A DNA stretch of 64,000 nt from Octopus bimaculoides (GCF_001194135.2 NC_068988.1:66078153-66142152), one strand, 5' to 3'. Positions 14,659 to 28,381 are shown, numbered from the stretch's first letter. Translations and numbers: made by a program. The notes: generated by a model not told the origin, from the letters alone.

Positions 14659-16428
14659 ATATATATGGGACCATGTATGCATGCATATTTGTCTATATAT
14701 CTGTATATATGTTTTCCCATGTATAAATCAATATTACAATCCGCATTTGAGTGCATTTCTATTTGTTAGAGAAATACATGTGTACACACACACACGCACG
14801 CGCACATACATACACACAGACACAGACACACACACTCATACACACACACGCACAATATATATATATGTGTGTGTGTGTGTGTGAGTGTATATATAAACAT
14901 ATATATACACATATACATACATACTCCTCAGTTTTCGTCAACGAACAATCTAGATATTTGGTTAACTGAATTAACATCCGATGATACCCGTAGCGTAATT
15001 GTCCGGCAGAATCAACAGCAGTTGCTTTTGGCTGTCCCTTCCACTAACCATTTCAGACCATCCAATGAATTTTCTCAAACTCTATGTGTCTATCAAACTG
15101 CATTCACAAGATATGATTTGCTCTCACTAAAGATACTTCCTGAAGATGGATGCTATGCAAATTGCATGGAATCAAATATCTCATGAATACAACGTGAAAT
15201 GTTTCTAAGATCATAGAAAAAAACATACATGCAAAAATGCATATACCCATAGACGTATCCATAACATACATATCAAGTAATAAAATTTGACATTGAAAAT
15301 ATACCAAAACTCCATTGATGCATTCACTAATCGGTCTATCAATTGCACATAAAAAGTGTTCCTCGTCTAGTTAGATATAGCCGCTTTAACAACTCGTAGT
15401 CTTACAACGAAAGGGATGTAAAGCACACTGGAGTATATAATTCAATATGCCTTTTATCTCATTGTGTGAGATAAAACTTGTTTGGAAAAATAACGACGAA
15501 GCGGTTAGCGAATGAACGTTTTGATCATGGATCTGTTTTGGAATAACTTGTGACAAAATAACAAGTATGCTTTTATCTCCCTCTTTGAATATCTACCCTT
15601 TTACCCTTCCCTTCCTTCTCTCTCTTTCTGGCTTTCCTCTCACTTTTTAGCTTTCCTCAGTCTGTCACTCTCTTTCTTTTTAATTTCACAGCTGTATAAC
15701 AGCCACCACTGCTACTGTGGTTGTTGAAATGTGAAGTCTGTTTCATCACTGTTCAGTCAATGGAACTTAAACTAATAAAGATGATCTGTCTCTCTGTGAT
15801 ATCTCAGTTCATATGCCCTTAAAACTACATGCAACAATAAAACACTATCTCACTGCATTACACGCTGGAGAGTGGTTAGATAATTATCATTTAAATTCAT
15901 ATTTGCGTAGTTAACTTCAACTATGTGAGATTTCATGCATTTACATACACAAGTGCATACACATAGCGACGCGCTAACACACACACACATACACACACAT
16001 GAGCGCGCATACATACACATGCGCAAACACAAAGATATATGCATATACACAGATAACTGCATGTACATACGCATGTATACATATATCAACAAGGTCTTAA
16101 CATTTGTCTATATTATACAGTGGTGGCTGATATCAATTTTGAAACAAGACTTTATTAATGTGCCTGTATATGTATATGTGTATGTATGTGTGTGTGTATA
16201 TGTGTGTATGCAAATTTGCACACACACACACACCCATATAATATCAATATATTTGTGTGTGCGTGACTAATATTAATAAAAGATGATGATGCCATCAATC
16301 TTCCCTTCTTAATATTTTGTCATTAACACAACGGATATTTACGGATTTCCACATGTATATTCTATCACAGAAGAAGTCCTGCTGCATGATAGTATTCGGT
16401 AGTCAATGCCTGTAAAGGGTCTTTCGAA

Positions 16429-16478
<50 letters not shown>

Positions 16479-16634
16479 NNNNNNNNNNNNNNNNNNNNNN
16501 NNNNNNNNNNNNNNNNNNNNNNNNNNNNNNNNNNNNNNNNNNNNNNNNNNNNNNNNNNNNNNNNNNNNNNNNNNNNNNNNNNNNNNNNNNNNNNNNNNNN
16601 NNNNNNNNNNNNNNNNNNNNNNNNNNNNNNNNNN

Positions 16635-16698
<64 letters not shown>

Positions 16699-16783
16699 TT
16701 ATGTATGCTTATATATATATATATTGTTACGTATGTATATATGCATATATATATGTATATATGCACATATGTATATATATGTA

Positions 16784-16863
<80 letters not shown>

Positions 16864-18294
16864 TATGTATAGGCAGTCAGCGATTTGTTTGAATGTCGTT
16901 CAGTATTATAGATTATATCTATGAATTTCAGTCAATAACATATGCAAGCAAGTTACATGTTTGCGTGCGTATTTCTGTGTGTAGCGTGTAATTAAATGTC
17001 TCTTCATGTGTGTTACATATATGCATGTGAGTTTTGATACGGAATTCTGAATTTATTTACGACACACGTACCGAAGTGCCAGCGGGCAATGGGCTGCGAA
17101 GACATTTCAATGTTGTGCTATGGACGTGTAAACTGAGATTTCGCAGGCAATGTTTATTGCTTTAAGTTCCGCTAGCTAAACAGTGATGGAACAATCTTCA
17201 CACTTCAATGACCACTGTATTAGTGTTGGTTGTGAAACAACTGTAAAGAGAGAGATGGAGAGATTTAAATAGAGGAGATAGAGGAAACGGAAATATGAGA
17301 GAAATGTTAGCTGTAGACACACATAGGAGTATAAGAGCTTAGTTATCTTCCTTTTGTGCCAGTTTAAACAGACCTATTTTGAAAAACGTTCATGCTTTCA
17401 ATAAATTTCTGTCGTCTTTTTGTTGTTATATTTTATCCCAAAACACATGATACAGTGCGTCTAAAATTTTTTCTAAGATATGAATATTTATTTGATAGAC
17501 ATCTGGCTGCTATTTCTAGGTTATTGATTAACGTACTTGGTGGGATAATCACAAATTTATTGCAGAATATTTATGTTTCTGTGTACTCAATTCGCCCTTA
17601 AATTCGCGCTCAAACATACATTGTGTATCCATGAATATAGCTATGAGCATATGAATGTTGTTTATATATGTATGCATGTCTATGTAGGTGTGTATGAGTT
17701 TTAATAATTTATTTCGCAATCATGATTTCTGAAAACTTGTGTTCAATCTTCAGAAGTGCATTTTACTAATGGTTGAGATCTCGAGTCAGGCTTATCAAAT
17801 CCACCCTTAGCAAACTGCGTAGAGACCGGACAGATAAATTGTCCCTGTAAGCCATTGTTGATGTTTTGACACGTTGTCATCGTTTCAATGTGTATTTGCA
17901 ACACAGAGTAAGATACAAGGTACACAAAATGAAATTAGGCAGATAGAGATTTAGTTGACAGAATTAGTATTATTTAAAGAATTCCGTAAAAATGAGAAGA
18001 ATAACTATAAAATATTTACTACTAGAAAACAGAAATTAAAATCAATACGAAGTTCTAGCACATGAAACATAATTCATTAAATATATCATGACTACTTTTT
18101 GGATACTTTTAAATCCGTATAGATAGATATATTATTAAATCCGTATAGATAGATATATTATGTACATAGTGAAAGTATTAATAGTAAAGCTATTAATATT
18201 GAAACTATTAAAGCTGAAAATATTATCATACCTTACAATAGGGATGTTATTGTTTAACTTTTGAAACACTGATAATATGGAAACTTTCTAAGAC

Positions 18295-18490
18295 ATTACT
18301 CCAGGCTCGCATTCAGCAAGAATTTGAACCTTTTGGGGTGCCATGACATTCCGTGGACCCTAATTAGTGGATGTTTAAAATTGGAATGAAATTGGTTTGG
18401 TAGCTCTCGAGTCTTTGTAATGCACACATTCAGACATACAGGCAGACAGTCGGACAGTGAGACAAACAGATAGAGCGACACACATTCTCA
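18295..18490. mobile_element. Possible Helentron-associated (HINE/DINE-like) non-autonomous element remnant
   Basis: aaaattggaatgaaattggtttggtagctctcgag followed by a degenerate (GACA)n tract; resemblance judged by eye. Confidence 0.3.
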
Positions 18491-18514
18491 GTTACATATA
18501 TATATATATATGTA

Positions 18515-18552
<38 letters not shown>

Positions 18553-18765
18553 NNNNNNNNNNNNNNNNNNNNNNNNNNNNNNNNNNNNNNNNNNNNNNNN
18601 NNNNNNNNNNNNNNNNNNNNNNNNNNNNNNNNNNNNNNNNNNNNNNNNNNNNNNNNNNNNNTATATATGTGTGTGTGTATATATATATGTATATATATAT
18701 ATATATATATGTATGTATGGATACACATACATACACGTATGCACGCATACGCATACCTATATATA

Positions 18766-18910
18766 AGCGAAGAAGTGTGGCCGAGCAGTTAGGGTGTTTG
18801 CCTTCACGACTGCAAAAATGAGGTTTCAATTCTCTGACAATGTCGGGCATTGTGTTAGGCAAAACATTTCATTTTGACGTTACTCTGCAATCCTTCAGCA
18901 TATGATGTAT
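18766..18910 (+). mobile_element. SINE family C (CORE-like), degraded
   Basis: gtgtggccgagcagttaggg head; ttaggcaaaacatttcattttgacgttactct core-like segment. Confidence 0.55.
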
Positions 18911-21900
18911 AGCACACCGAGCATCTGTGTAGACAATGCCTATTTAATGGAAGGAGTGAACTAATGTACAACACAAACGTGATCACTCTAAACAAACCAT
19001 CTCTGGAGGTTGTACAACATGAAGTTGCTGAAACGTCTTCCCTTGTCTGGAAAGAGAAATTCCACCACATGTGCACACACACGCATATAGACATAAATAC
19101 ATGTATACTAACACATTATTATAGAGACCCTTTCCATAACTTTCAGGAGATATTTAATAAATCATCGAATAATCTGTTCGAAAGATCGATCGTTCTAAAT
19201 ATCTATTGTTTTGCCAGTGTGCGTTTGTTTATAATGGGCTTTAAAATACATGCGGAAATAATTTTTACGTTACAATATTTTGATGTAAATTATAACTTCC
19301 GATGAGACATTGTTGACGTTTATGTTAGCAGGTGCAATAATACTATATCCGGTCTTAGTTTGAGCAATACTTTCCAACTGCAATATGACGTGAGAAACTG
19401 AGAGCAGGAAGTTCCATATAGTTTATTTATATATTTGAAATGCCATTCGGTAAAGTGTTTGGTTTAATCTAAGGAACAGTGACTCTGACAACTGACAAAC
19501 AGTTCAGGAAATGATACTCTATATATATTACCAAAAGAAAATTTCGCGTATAGGACACGTCTCACACTCGCTTACGCGCACACAAACACACACACACATA
19601 CACTCACTCGCACACACATGCCAGCACGCACACATACGCCACATAATTTTGTTGATTAATCCGATGCATTCCATGATGAAGTATACCTATAAACATAAGC
19701 ATTCAAATATTGACCTTCCCATCTATTTCAATGCATATTATAGATAACATTAGATTATCTAATGTGAAATATCCTTTATTTTATCCATTAAGAGTAGCTA
19801 TAAGTAAAATTTGGTTTTATAAATTTATAGCATATTGTAGATTTCAAACATCAAACACTGTAAAATTTCCATTAATTTCGTTTAGTTATCAATGAATCTC
19901 TTCGCATTTGTAACATATGTTTTATTGCGAGCCCTATGCAAATATTTGAAGTTTGCTATTACATGAACAATAATGAAAAGGTTACTCTTGACGATATGAT
20001 TTAAAATTAAGTTTAGTTTTAATCATTTAACATAATAATTTCCTCGACATTTAATTGCCTTATTTCTATGTTTAAAAACTTTTATCCAAACATTTATTGC
20101 AACATCAAATGATGTTTGCTGGAGAATATCTGTCACAGTATTTGTTAAAAAAATCTTTATGTTTTGTAATTATTCGTATTGCAAGTAGTTTTCTTTATGA
20201 CAGCTGCAACGAATTTTAAAACATGCAACAACAATTTTATATAAGTTTATACCAACGAAATTTATTTAAGATATTTCTACTTTTGTTGACAATTGCCAGA
20301 GCAAAATACATGAAAATATAGCCTATTTTTACGTAAATATATTCTTCTTGTTCGGTCGATCCTTTGTTATTATTAAATTAACTATATCTTCTGGCTATCA
20401 GATGATGGATGATTGAACAATTGAAAATTGAGTTACTACAATTCTCATACACTTGTGGAATAAAGGAATGCAAACAGTTTACCAATGTCAAGGATCATGC
20501 ATAAAATATGACAAAGGACTCGAAGTTTACATAAAATGAGAGTTAGTGTTTTTAATCGACTGCATTTTAGATTTGGACTAAGAAGAGACAACAAAGTGAT
20601 TGAGAACATAATGTGGAATCTATTTTCTATAACTACATTTCCAAAGAAAGGCTAACCATGGCATAAAATCACTCACTGACACAGACTTGCCTTAGACTCA
20701 CTTTCTCTCGTTCTTCCTCCCTTTCGCTTTCTTTATCTACTTTTTCTATCATTCTACAAAGGGCTCTTTTCCTCAGAGCTGGATGTTCTCGTGTCGTCTC
20801 CACTCAGATTGACAGAAAAAAATTTGAAATATTTCCATTTTCTTTAATAAATAAAAAGTGAACAGGTGTAAAATGTTCATATAACAATGTACTTTATTTG
20901 AATTGTGAAGGACAATTCTTAAAATGAAAAATATTTCTTGCACATATTTTAGATTTCTTTACCGGTCATTCCTGACATAGTTATAACTTGCAGAGTGGGA
21001 GCGCTAAGCAGTGATGTGTATAAATGCAATGCTACTACCAATTTGAATATACTAGTTATTGCTATCGTAAAGTTATTACTATTATTTACACCAGATCATC
21101 TCTGCACAAAAGAGTTGTGATCAAACCCATTGTCATTACAACCTCACTATATTATATTTCAATGTATATTTATTTAAGATATGAATGACTCTGGGATCAA
21201 TGTAGCTCAGACATAATTACCCTTAATCAGAACAAAGTTGCATTGTTGTCAACGTGTAATTATAAAAATAAATCGACTCTTCCTCCTTCTCCTCCCTTCC
21301 ACTCCCCCTCCTCCCTGCCACGCCCCCTCCTCCATTCCCCTCCCCTACTCCCTTCCACTTCCCCTCCTCCATCCACCCCCTCTTNNNNNNNNNNNNNNNN
21401 NNNNNNNNNNNNNNNTCCTCCTCCTCATCATCGTCATCGTCATCACCATCATCTTGTACGATTATTATTTGATTCCATTTGTGCTTCACAATTAGGTTCA
21501 TCGGTTAACAGTGGAAACAGGCAGAAATCAGTGTCTGTGTATATATGTGATGACTCCATTATTCATAAACACTGTTCATATACTACGCCGACGCTAAATG
21601 CCATGATAATTGACACGAGCGGTTAATGAATCGAAAGGCACATGGCATCGATCAGCATTCCTATTAACACGGACAGAAAGCTAGCCTGTCTATGAAGCAA
21701 GACATGTGTGTATATTTTAGCGCAGAAGTGTCATTTGCTAATTATATGTGTACTTACAAAAGTTTAGAAACTTTCACAGTATTGTTTGTGATCAAATTTG
21801 CTTAAGATTTGCATTGGAAATTGTAATGAAAGTTTTATCAGGAGCTCTCAGTAGATTTTTAACTTTCTGAAAGCTTTGAAAATATTGATACCGAAAACGG

Positions 21901-22514
21901 AAATCTTTGTTGTTAAATAAATCACTCAGAGGGAAACACATATATAAATAAATGACTATGGACAACCATCTAGGGACGACCAAATATGTGGAAGATGTAA
22001 GGGGGATAGAGGGGAATTGTATTATATATTTAATGCAGACATGCTGTATTAGAAGTTCGTAGAGGTTCGATATATAACCACGTCCTTCCTTGTTCAATCA
22101 TACGCCTTGGCACCTCAGCAATTTGTTATAACATTGCCACAGATTTACTAACATCTTGTGAATATATATTAAAAACCGCGAGAAAAACCACCTAACAGTC
22201 CCAGTTTTCGGGTGGAAAACTTAAACCGATGCCCGGTTTCTACATTACAATTTGGCTTCTCGGTGCTTTTAGTTCAGTAAATTCTGCTGCAAGAAAATCT
22301 TTTTTCCTGCCTCTAGTCCCGTTTTTCCTCACAAAAACGTCATGGATGTCTTTTATCCTTTCACTAAAAGAAGGATTATCTAAAGAAAAAATGGAATATG
22401 AATATATCAGATATTTTCATTTAAGAGAATGCTTGGCAAAGAATGTTGAATAATAACTGCAATATATGAATAAGTCACATACTATTCTGCATAAATAAAT
22501 TCATGAACAGTATA

Positions 22515-22676
22515 GGCGCAGGAGTGGCTGTGTGGTAGGTAGCTAGCTGAACAACAACATGGTTCCGGGTTCAGTCCCACTGCGTGGCACCTTGGGCAAG
22601 TGTCTTCTACTATAGCCTCGGGCCGACCAAAGCCTAGTGCGTGGATTTGGTAGACGGAAACTGAAAGAAACCCGTC

Positions 22677-22728
<52 letters not shown>

Positions 22729-22836
22729 CTGTGCTTACAAAGAATAAATTCTAGGGTCGATTTGATCGACTAGAAAAGGTGGTGCTCCAGCATGGCCGCA
22801 CTCAAATGACTGTAACAAGTAAAAGAGTAAAAGAAT
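22515..22836 (+). mobile_element. tRNA-derived SINE family B, near full length with internal (AT)n/(GT)n
   Basis: ggcgcaggagtggctgtgtggtagg, ggttccgggttcagtccc, ggcaccttgggcaagtg, gacggaaactgaaagaa, microsatellite, ggtgctccagcatggccgc, acaagtaaaagag. Confidence 0.85.
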
Positions 22837-23773
22837 ATATAAAAAAGATTTTAGCCATTATATTTACACCTGTCTATACATAGTGTGTATGTGCGAGGTG
22901 CTAACAACTGTGTATACATACAGTTATTACAGGGTATTTACATCTGTGTATATATGCCGTAATGTTAGTACAGTGTAATTATATATTCAGTGTAATGTAT
23001 ATACAGTGAGATTATATATTCAGAGTTGGTCTATTCCATAATATTGAGAGAGTAAGTTCACACCTGTATACAGCGTTGGTACAAGGTGATGGCATTTATT
23101 TTTCATAGTGATGATTGTAAACACATCCACGATTTAGTAAAAGAACAAAGAGTTTGACTTCTTTAAACTTTCCAATAAAATCAGTTAAACTTATCTTCGC
23201 TAGGTTTTTTTTCCCCCAGTAGGAAAATATTCTTATATCAGCGAATGTTATTGACCTCGAAGTTATCATCTGAATGTAACATTTGCAAGATTAGTTCATT
23301 CATAACGAAACAGTACATTATCTTTCTTTTCTTATATAATTTCTATCAAAATATACAGACTAGATTGCATGGTATATAAATGATATAATAAGAACTCTCT
23401 CCTTGAAATATCACGAATGAATTACAGCAAACAGCATTGTTGATATATATCCTTCAATTTCATAAATGCTTATTCTAAACATTAAATATCATATATACTG
23501 AACATAGCCGATATAGTTTATATATCGAAGAAGTAATCAATCCAACTTTTAGAAATATAGTTTGAATGCTAGAAATAAATTTGCCGTCTGAAATGTTAGC
23601 AAAACTAATTTTTTCCTGCAGTTCCCATAATATAAACTTATAAAACTACAGTAAGATTCTTTTTTGATTACAGTGAATGGTTATAGAGGTTAAGTAAGAG
23701 TAAAACAGGAATCAAAGGAGTTCATGTTGAAAAAAAATTCTACACACACGCGCGCGTGCACGCACGCACACAC

Positions 23774-23821
<48 letters not shown>

Positions 23822-23830
23822 GCGCGCGCG

Positions 23831-23863
<33 letters not shown>

Positions 23864-23865
<2 letters not shown>

Positions 23866-24352
23866 CAAGATAAGCAACAAGGATATCCAGAGGTAATGCA
23901 GTACGATCATTTCATGCAACTCCATTTAATTGAACAATGAAATCATTACATCAATTTAAAATGCAGAGCAATCCGCAGCTGCACAAAGACATAGAATGTA
24001 ATTAAATTAGAACAGATAGACACATTAGTATAATTATACCTAAAGTCTCCAAGAAGTTAAGGAGATAGATAAAGAACATGCTGGATTCACTCCAGCAAAG
24101 ACGTTACTGTAACTTCTATGCTGCAGTGAAGCAAGCATGTTCTTTATCTATATCTTTAACTTCTTGGAGATTTTAGGTATAATTATATTAATGTGTCCAT
24201 CTGTTCTAATTTAATTAAATTCTATGTCTTTGTGCAGCTGAGGATTGTCCTGCATTTTAAATTGATGTTATGATTATATTGTTCAATTAAGTGGAGCTGC
24301 ATGAAACGATCGTACTGCATTACCTCTGAATATTCTCGTTGCTTATTTTGAT
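23864..24352. repeat. 489-bp near-perfect palindrome (fold-back/MITE-like)
   Basis: Two 244-bp arms around one central T at 24108; about 24 mismatches and no indels by manual alignment. Confidence 0.92.
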
Positions 24353-25795
24353 TTTAATAAACCTTACTTTGAAATTTTATGTATAATACCGTACTAAATT
24401 CTGGTGCCTCAACTTAAGTACCATATTCATCTGAATCTCTCTCTCCCCCTCTCTCTCTCCCTCTCTCTCCCTCTCTCTCCCTCTCTCTCTCTCNNNNNNN
24501 NNNNNNNNNNNNNNNNNNNNNNNNNNNNNNNCTTCTCTCTCCCTCTCTCTCTCTCTCCCTCTCTCTCTCTCCTTCTCTCTCCCTCTCTCCCCCCTCTCTC
24601 TCTCTATATATATAGCTAGCTAGATACAGATATACGTGTATACGTAAAATCACACCGCACACTATATACTTACATACACACACTTACTCTCTCTCCCACA
24701 CTCTCTCTCTCTCTCTTTTCCTCTCATACACAGACAGTGTGCTAGTGATGGACAGTTTCAGGCATGATAGAGAGTATTTTTTCACCATGCACAGAGAGTG
24801 ATAGTAACTAGGACAAAGGATTTACAAAGCTCTCTTCACCACACGGTCGTGTGTCTACCCCAGCATTATACCTTTTACTTCCTTTTGTGTTTTCTTCGAA
24901 GAATGTCCACATACATTGTCGTTTCAAAATTGCTGATAAAAACTCAATTATTACTTCATATTTCTCTACAATTTCTCACTGTGCGCTATTAATTGACGTA
25001 TCAAAGATTGACTGCGTTTAATCTAATATTTGTGATTAAATTAGATTTTAAACAATTACTTTGTGTCAAACTGTGCTAATGGATATTAATATATTCTACA
25101 TAATAGCAACTTCTATGGCAGACGAAGAACTATTCTGAATATTTATCGATTTATTTATTACGGAAAATAAGAAAAATTGTTTACACTTTTACTAGTTGAG
25201 GTCATTGTTCTGTGGTCATACTCAGCATCACATTCTCAGCTTTTTATCTCAGTACATCTTCAACTCTGAGTGATTTTTCATTGTTTAATAGTTTACCGAG
25301 TCGCTCATTTAAAATTAGAACTTGATATCAGTCTTATTAAATCTGGTGGTTGTGTTTGAAATATACAACATATAAAAATAACTACACACCACACACTTGC
25401 ATATATGCACATATTCTTAAGTATACGTTCTTTTTATTGTACAACAGTAATACATATGCATGCATGTGAAAACATACACAGGTACACACATACACATATA
25501 GTTAATTTGAGAAAGTCATAGACTCATTAGGGATTATATAATCCAAAGTATTCCATTGGTTTAATCCCTATCATATAATGCGAAAGTCATTGGTATATAT
25601 TCGGGATTATTGAAATTATCAATATTAGGGGAAAAAAAGTAAGAAAAAAATGGAGAAGAAATGGATGTGATTAATAATTTATTTGTATGTTGCAGAAAGA
25701 TGACAATTTTTTTTAAAAATATGTATCATGAATTTACTAAATTTAACACTCTATCTGAAAATTAGATACCTATTAGAACCTGAATTTATATTCAC

Positions 25796-26516
25796 AAACT
25801 TTATCCCCTATTCTTTTTCTATTTCTCCTCACTATAGTCAACTAGCGTATACTCCTTAACTATTTTAGATATGTTTTTTTTATTTATATATTCACAATAG
25901 TGCTCATACTAAATTGTTCTAATGTATCTCAGTAACCTATCGGCCTAAATTCTCAAATATAAATATATTAAGTACATTATCGTATATTTCTCTTTCTGTT
26001 TCATTTTCACTCTCGTTATTCTTGATTTTTAATATCATTTTCATTTTTATTTTTATTCTCCATTAACCGTTTAATAACGCTATAAATGCCAATAAAACAG
26101 TTAACAGATCTCAATATAAATGAATATTGAACAGAGGCAAATAAAATGAAAATACCATAATACAACCTAAAATAGACCTGAGGACCAATACCAATACTTA
26201 TACTAACAATAGCGCAACATAAACATGCACATCACACACCCTAAGAATACTAAACACATACCTAGTTATGACAATAATCATGAAACTTATCCGCTAATCT
26301 TTTACTAGTTTTCCTCACTACAGTCGACTAGCGTATATTTCTTAACTGTTTTAGTTATTTTTGTATTTATATATTCAAACCGGTGCTCATACTCAATAGT
26401 TCTGATGTATCTCAGTAAGCTATCGGCCCAAATTCTCAAATATAAATATATTAAGCATATTATTGTATATTTCTTTTTCTACTTCTTTTTCACTCTCGCT
26501 ATTACTGCATTTTAAT
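25796..26516. repeat. Direct repeat of about 235 bp, period about 486 bp (25796-26033 and 26283-26516)
   Basis: tcctcactatagtcaactagcgtata versus tcctcactacagtcgactagcgtata; both contain aaattctcaaatataaatatattaag. Confidence 0.85.
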
Positions 26517-27200
26517 TCCACTTTTATTTTTTATGTATTTTTTATTTTACTTTATTTTATATTTTTATTCTATTTTATTTAATTTACTTTATTTTTGTTT
26601 AGGTGAATATATGCATATATTTATGTATATCCACTCATATATAAGCGTATATATGTGAGTGTACGTATGCATATTTAGGTGCATGCTATGCTCAATAAGA
26701 CACGTATGGGTCACTATGTATTCGATGTTTATCGTCCCGACGTCCTTTTACTTTAATCTAATATGCATTTGCATACCCTAATCAATAACATACTTCGATA
26801 AGTAACTTTTACTAAATACGCATCAGAACGGTTGTCTTTACTAAATACGCACCATAACGGTTATTTTGCAAATTTTCATGCATCCTCCATCATCATCATG
26901 TGAAATATGTATCTCATAGCTATTATTTTTAGTCTATTTTATTTTCTTTTATATTTTATTTCATCTTATTTTATTTTGTTTTACTGTTTTTACTTTATTT
27001 TAACTTTAGCTTGATTTTAATGTTAATTTATTTATTTATTTATCTGTTTTCAAATTATAATATATAGTATACGGTATATTCACAAAAATATATAAAAACC
27101 ATTAATCAAATACACTTTCAATATAGAGGTTTTAACTTTTAAGCTACTAACTTCCTTCAAAAGAAAAAAACGATTGCCTTACTTCCACGAACTCTATATT

Positions 27201-27306
27201 AACCCTGAAGACGTTGTACCTCCATATGGTAATTTTCTTAAAATTAAATCAAATACTTCGAAATTTCCACCAACTAGATGGTAGGACGGAAATATATATG
27301 TTGGTT
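27201..27306 (+). ncRNA. Candidate degenerate type I hammerhead with a long stem II insert
   Basis: aacc CTGAAGA cgtt ... gacg GAAA tatatatg TT ggtt; short stems I and II can be drawn. Confidence 0.3.
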
Positions 27307-27445
27307 CCTTATTTTAATTTATTTTTTGAGCTTTCAACCTGTAATTCAATTTGTAGTTATGTCTTTTTAAAAGAAAACTGGGATCTTTTTGTAACATACA
27401 AATAAATTGTAACATACAATAAATAGATAAATTGTAATATACAAT

Positions 27446-27494
<49 letters not shown>

Positions 27495-28345
27495 TGATAG
27501 ATAGATATATAAAGATATATAGAGAGATATAGAGGGACCGATGAATGGATAGATCTATCTATCTATCTATCTATCTATNNNNNNNNNNNNNNNNNNNNNN
27601 NNNNNNNNNNNNNNNNNNNNNNNNNNNNNNNNNNNNNNNNNNNNNNNNNNNNNNNNNNNNNNNNNNNNNNNNNNNNNNNNNNNNNNNNNNNNNNNNNATA
27701 TATATATATATATATATATATATACGATAGTAGATAGATAGATTCATGGAAGATATATAGATAAATAGATATTACACGCTCATATATTTGTGCGCATGTG
27801 CATTCGTAAAATCTGCTGTCAAAAAATTTAATGAAGAAACCACAACGTAAACATTATATATCGGTAATGTACGAATATTTTATCATAATCGTTAATCATT
27901 ATACTGTATAGTTCTAAAGGCGAAAAAAATGTACTAAACACATCCTAGTTATTATAATAGTTCTGCTATCAATATTGTCTAGCGTAAACAAATAATACCA
28001 TTCCATTTAGATATCTAATGAATCTTCACACTATATGTGAGAGTCTTTTATTGTTTTATTGCCTTTTATTCTGTTCTTCAACATCGTCCGTCATACAAAT
28101 CATAGACACATAATTAATAGAGCTGATTTAAGGAAAGGTTAAAAGACGCATTGAAATCTAGCAAAAATAAAACTGTTAACTTTAATTACATGATAAATTC
28201 TTTGGAAATATACTGCAAGTTTCATTTCAGGATGTATTGTAAAATCTAGCAAATATATACTATAGATTCAGAGATTTTCAGCTTATATAATTACACACAC
28301 GCATACACACATATACACTGACACATAGACACACAGAGACACACA

Positions 28346-28381
<36 letters not shown>

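Noticed and set aside
15135-15205. CTGAAGA followed by a small hairpin and a later GAAA
   Set aside because: GAAA does not adjoin the stem and no stem I or cleavage-site geometry can be drawn.
18110-18161. 26-bp unit duplicated in tandem; similar short arrays at about 58655-58710
   Set aside because: Ordinary slippage duplications with no spacers; not CRISPR-like.
22170-22450. Possible hAT-type MITE
   Set aside because: No matching terminal inverted repeats or 8-bp TSD identified.
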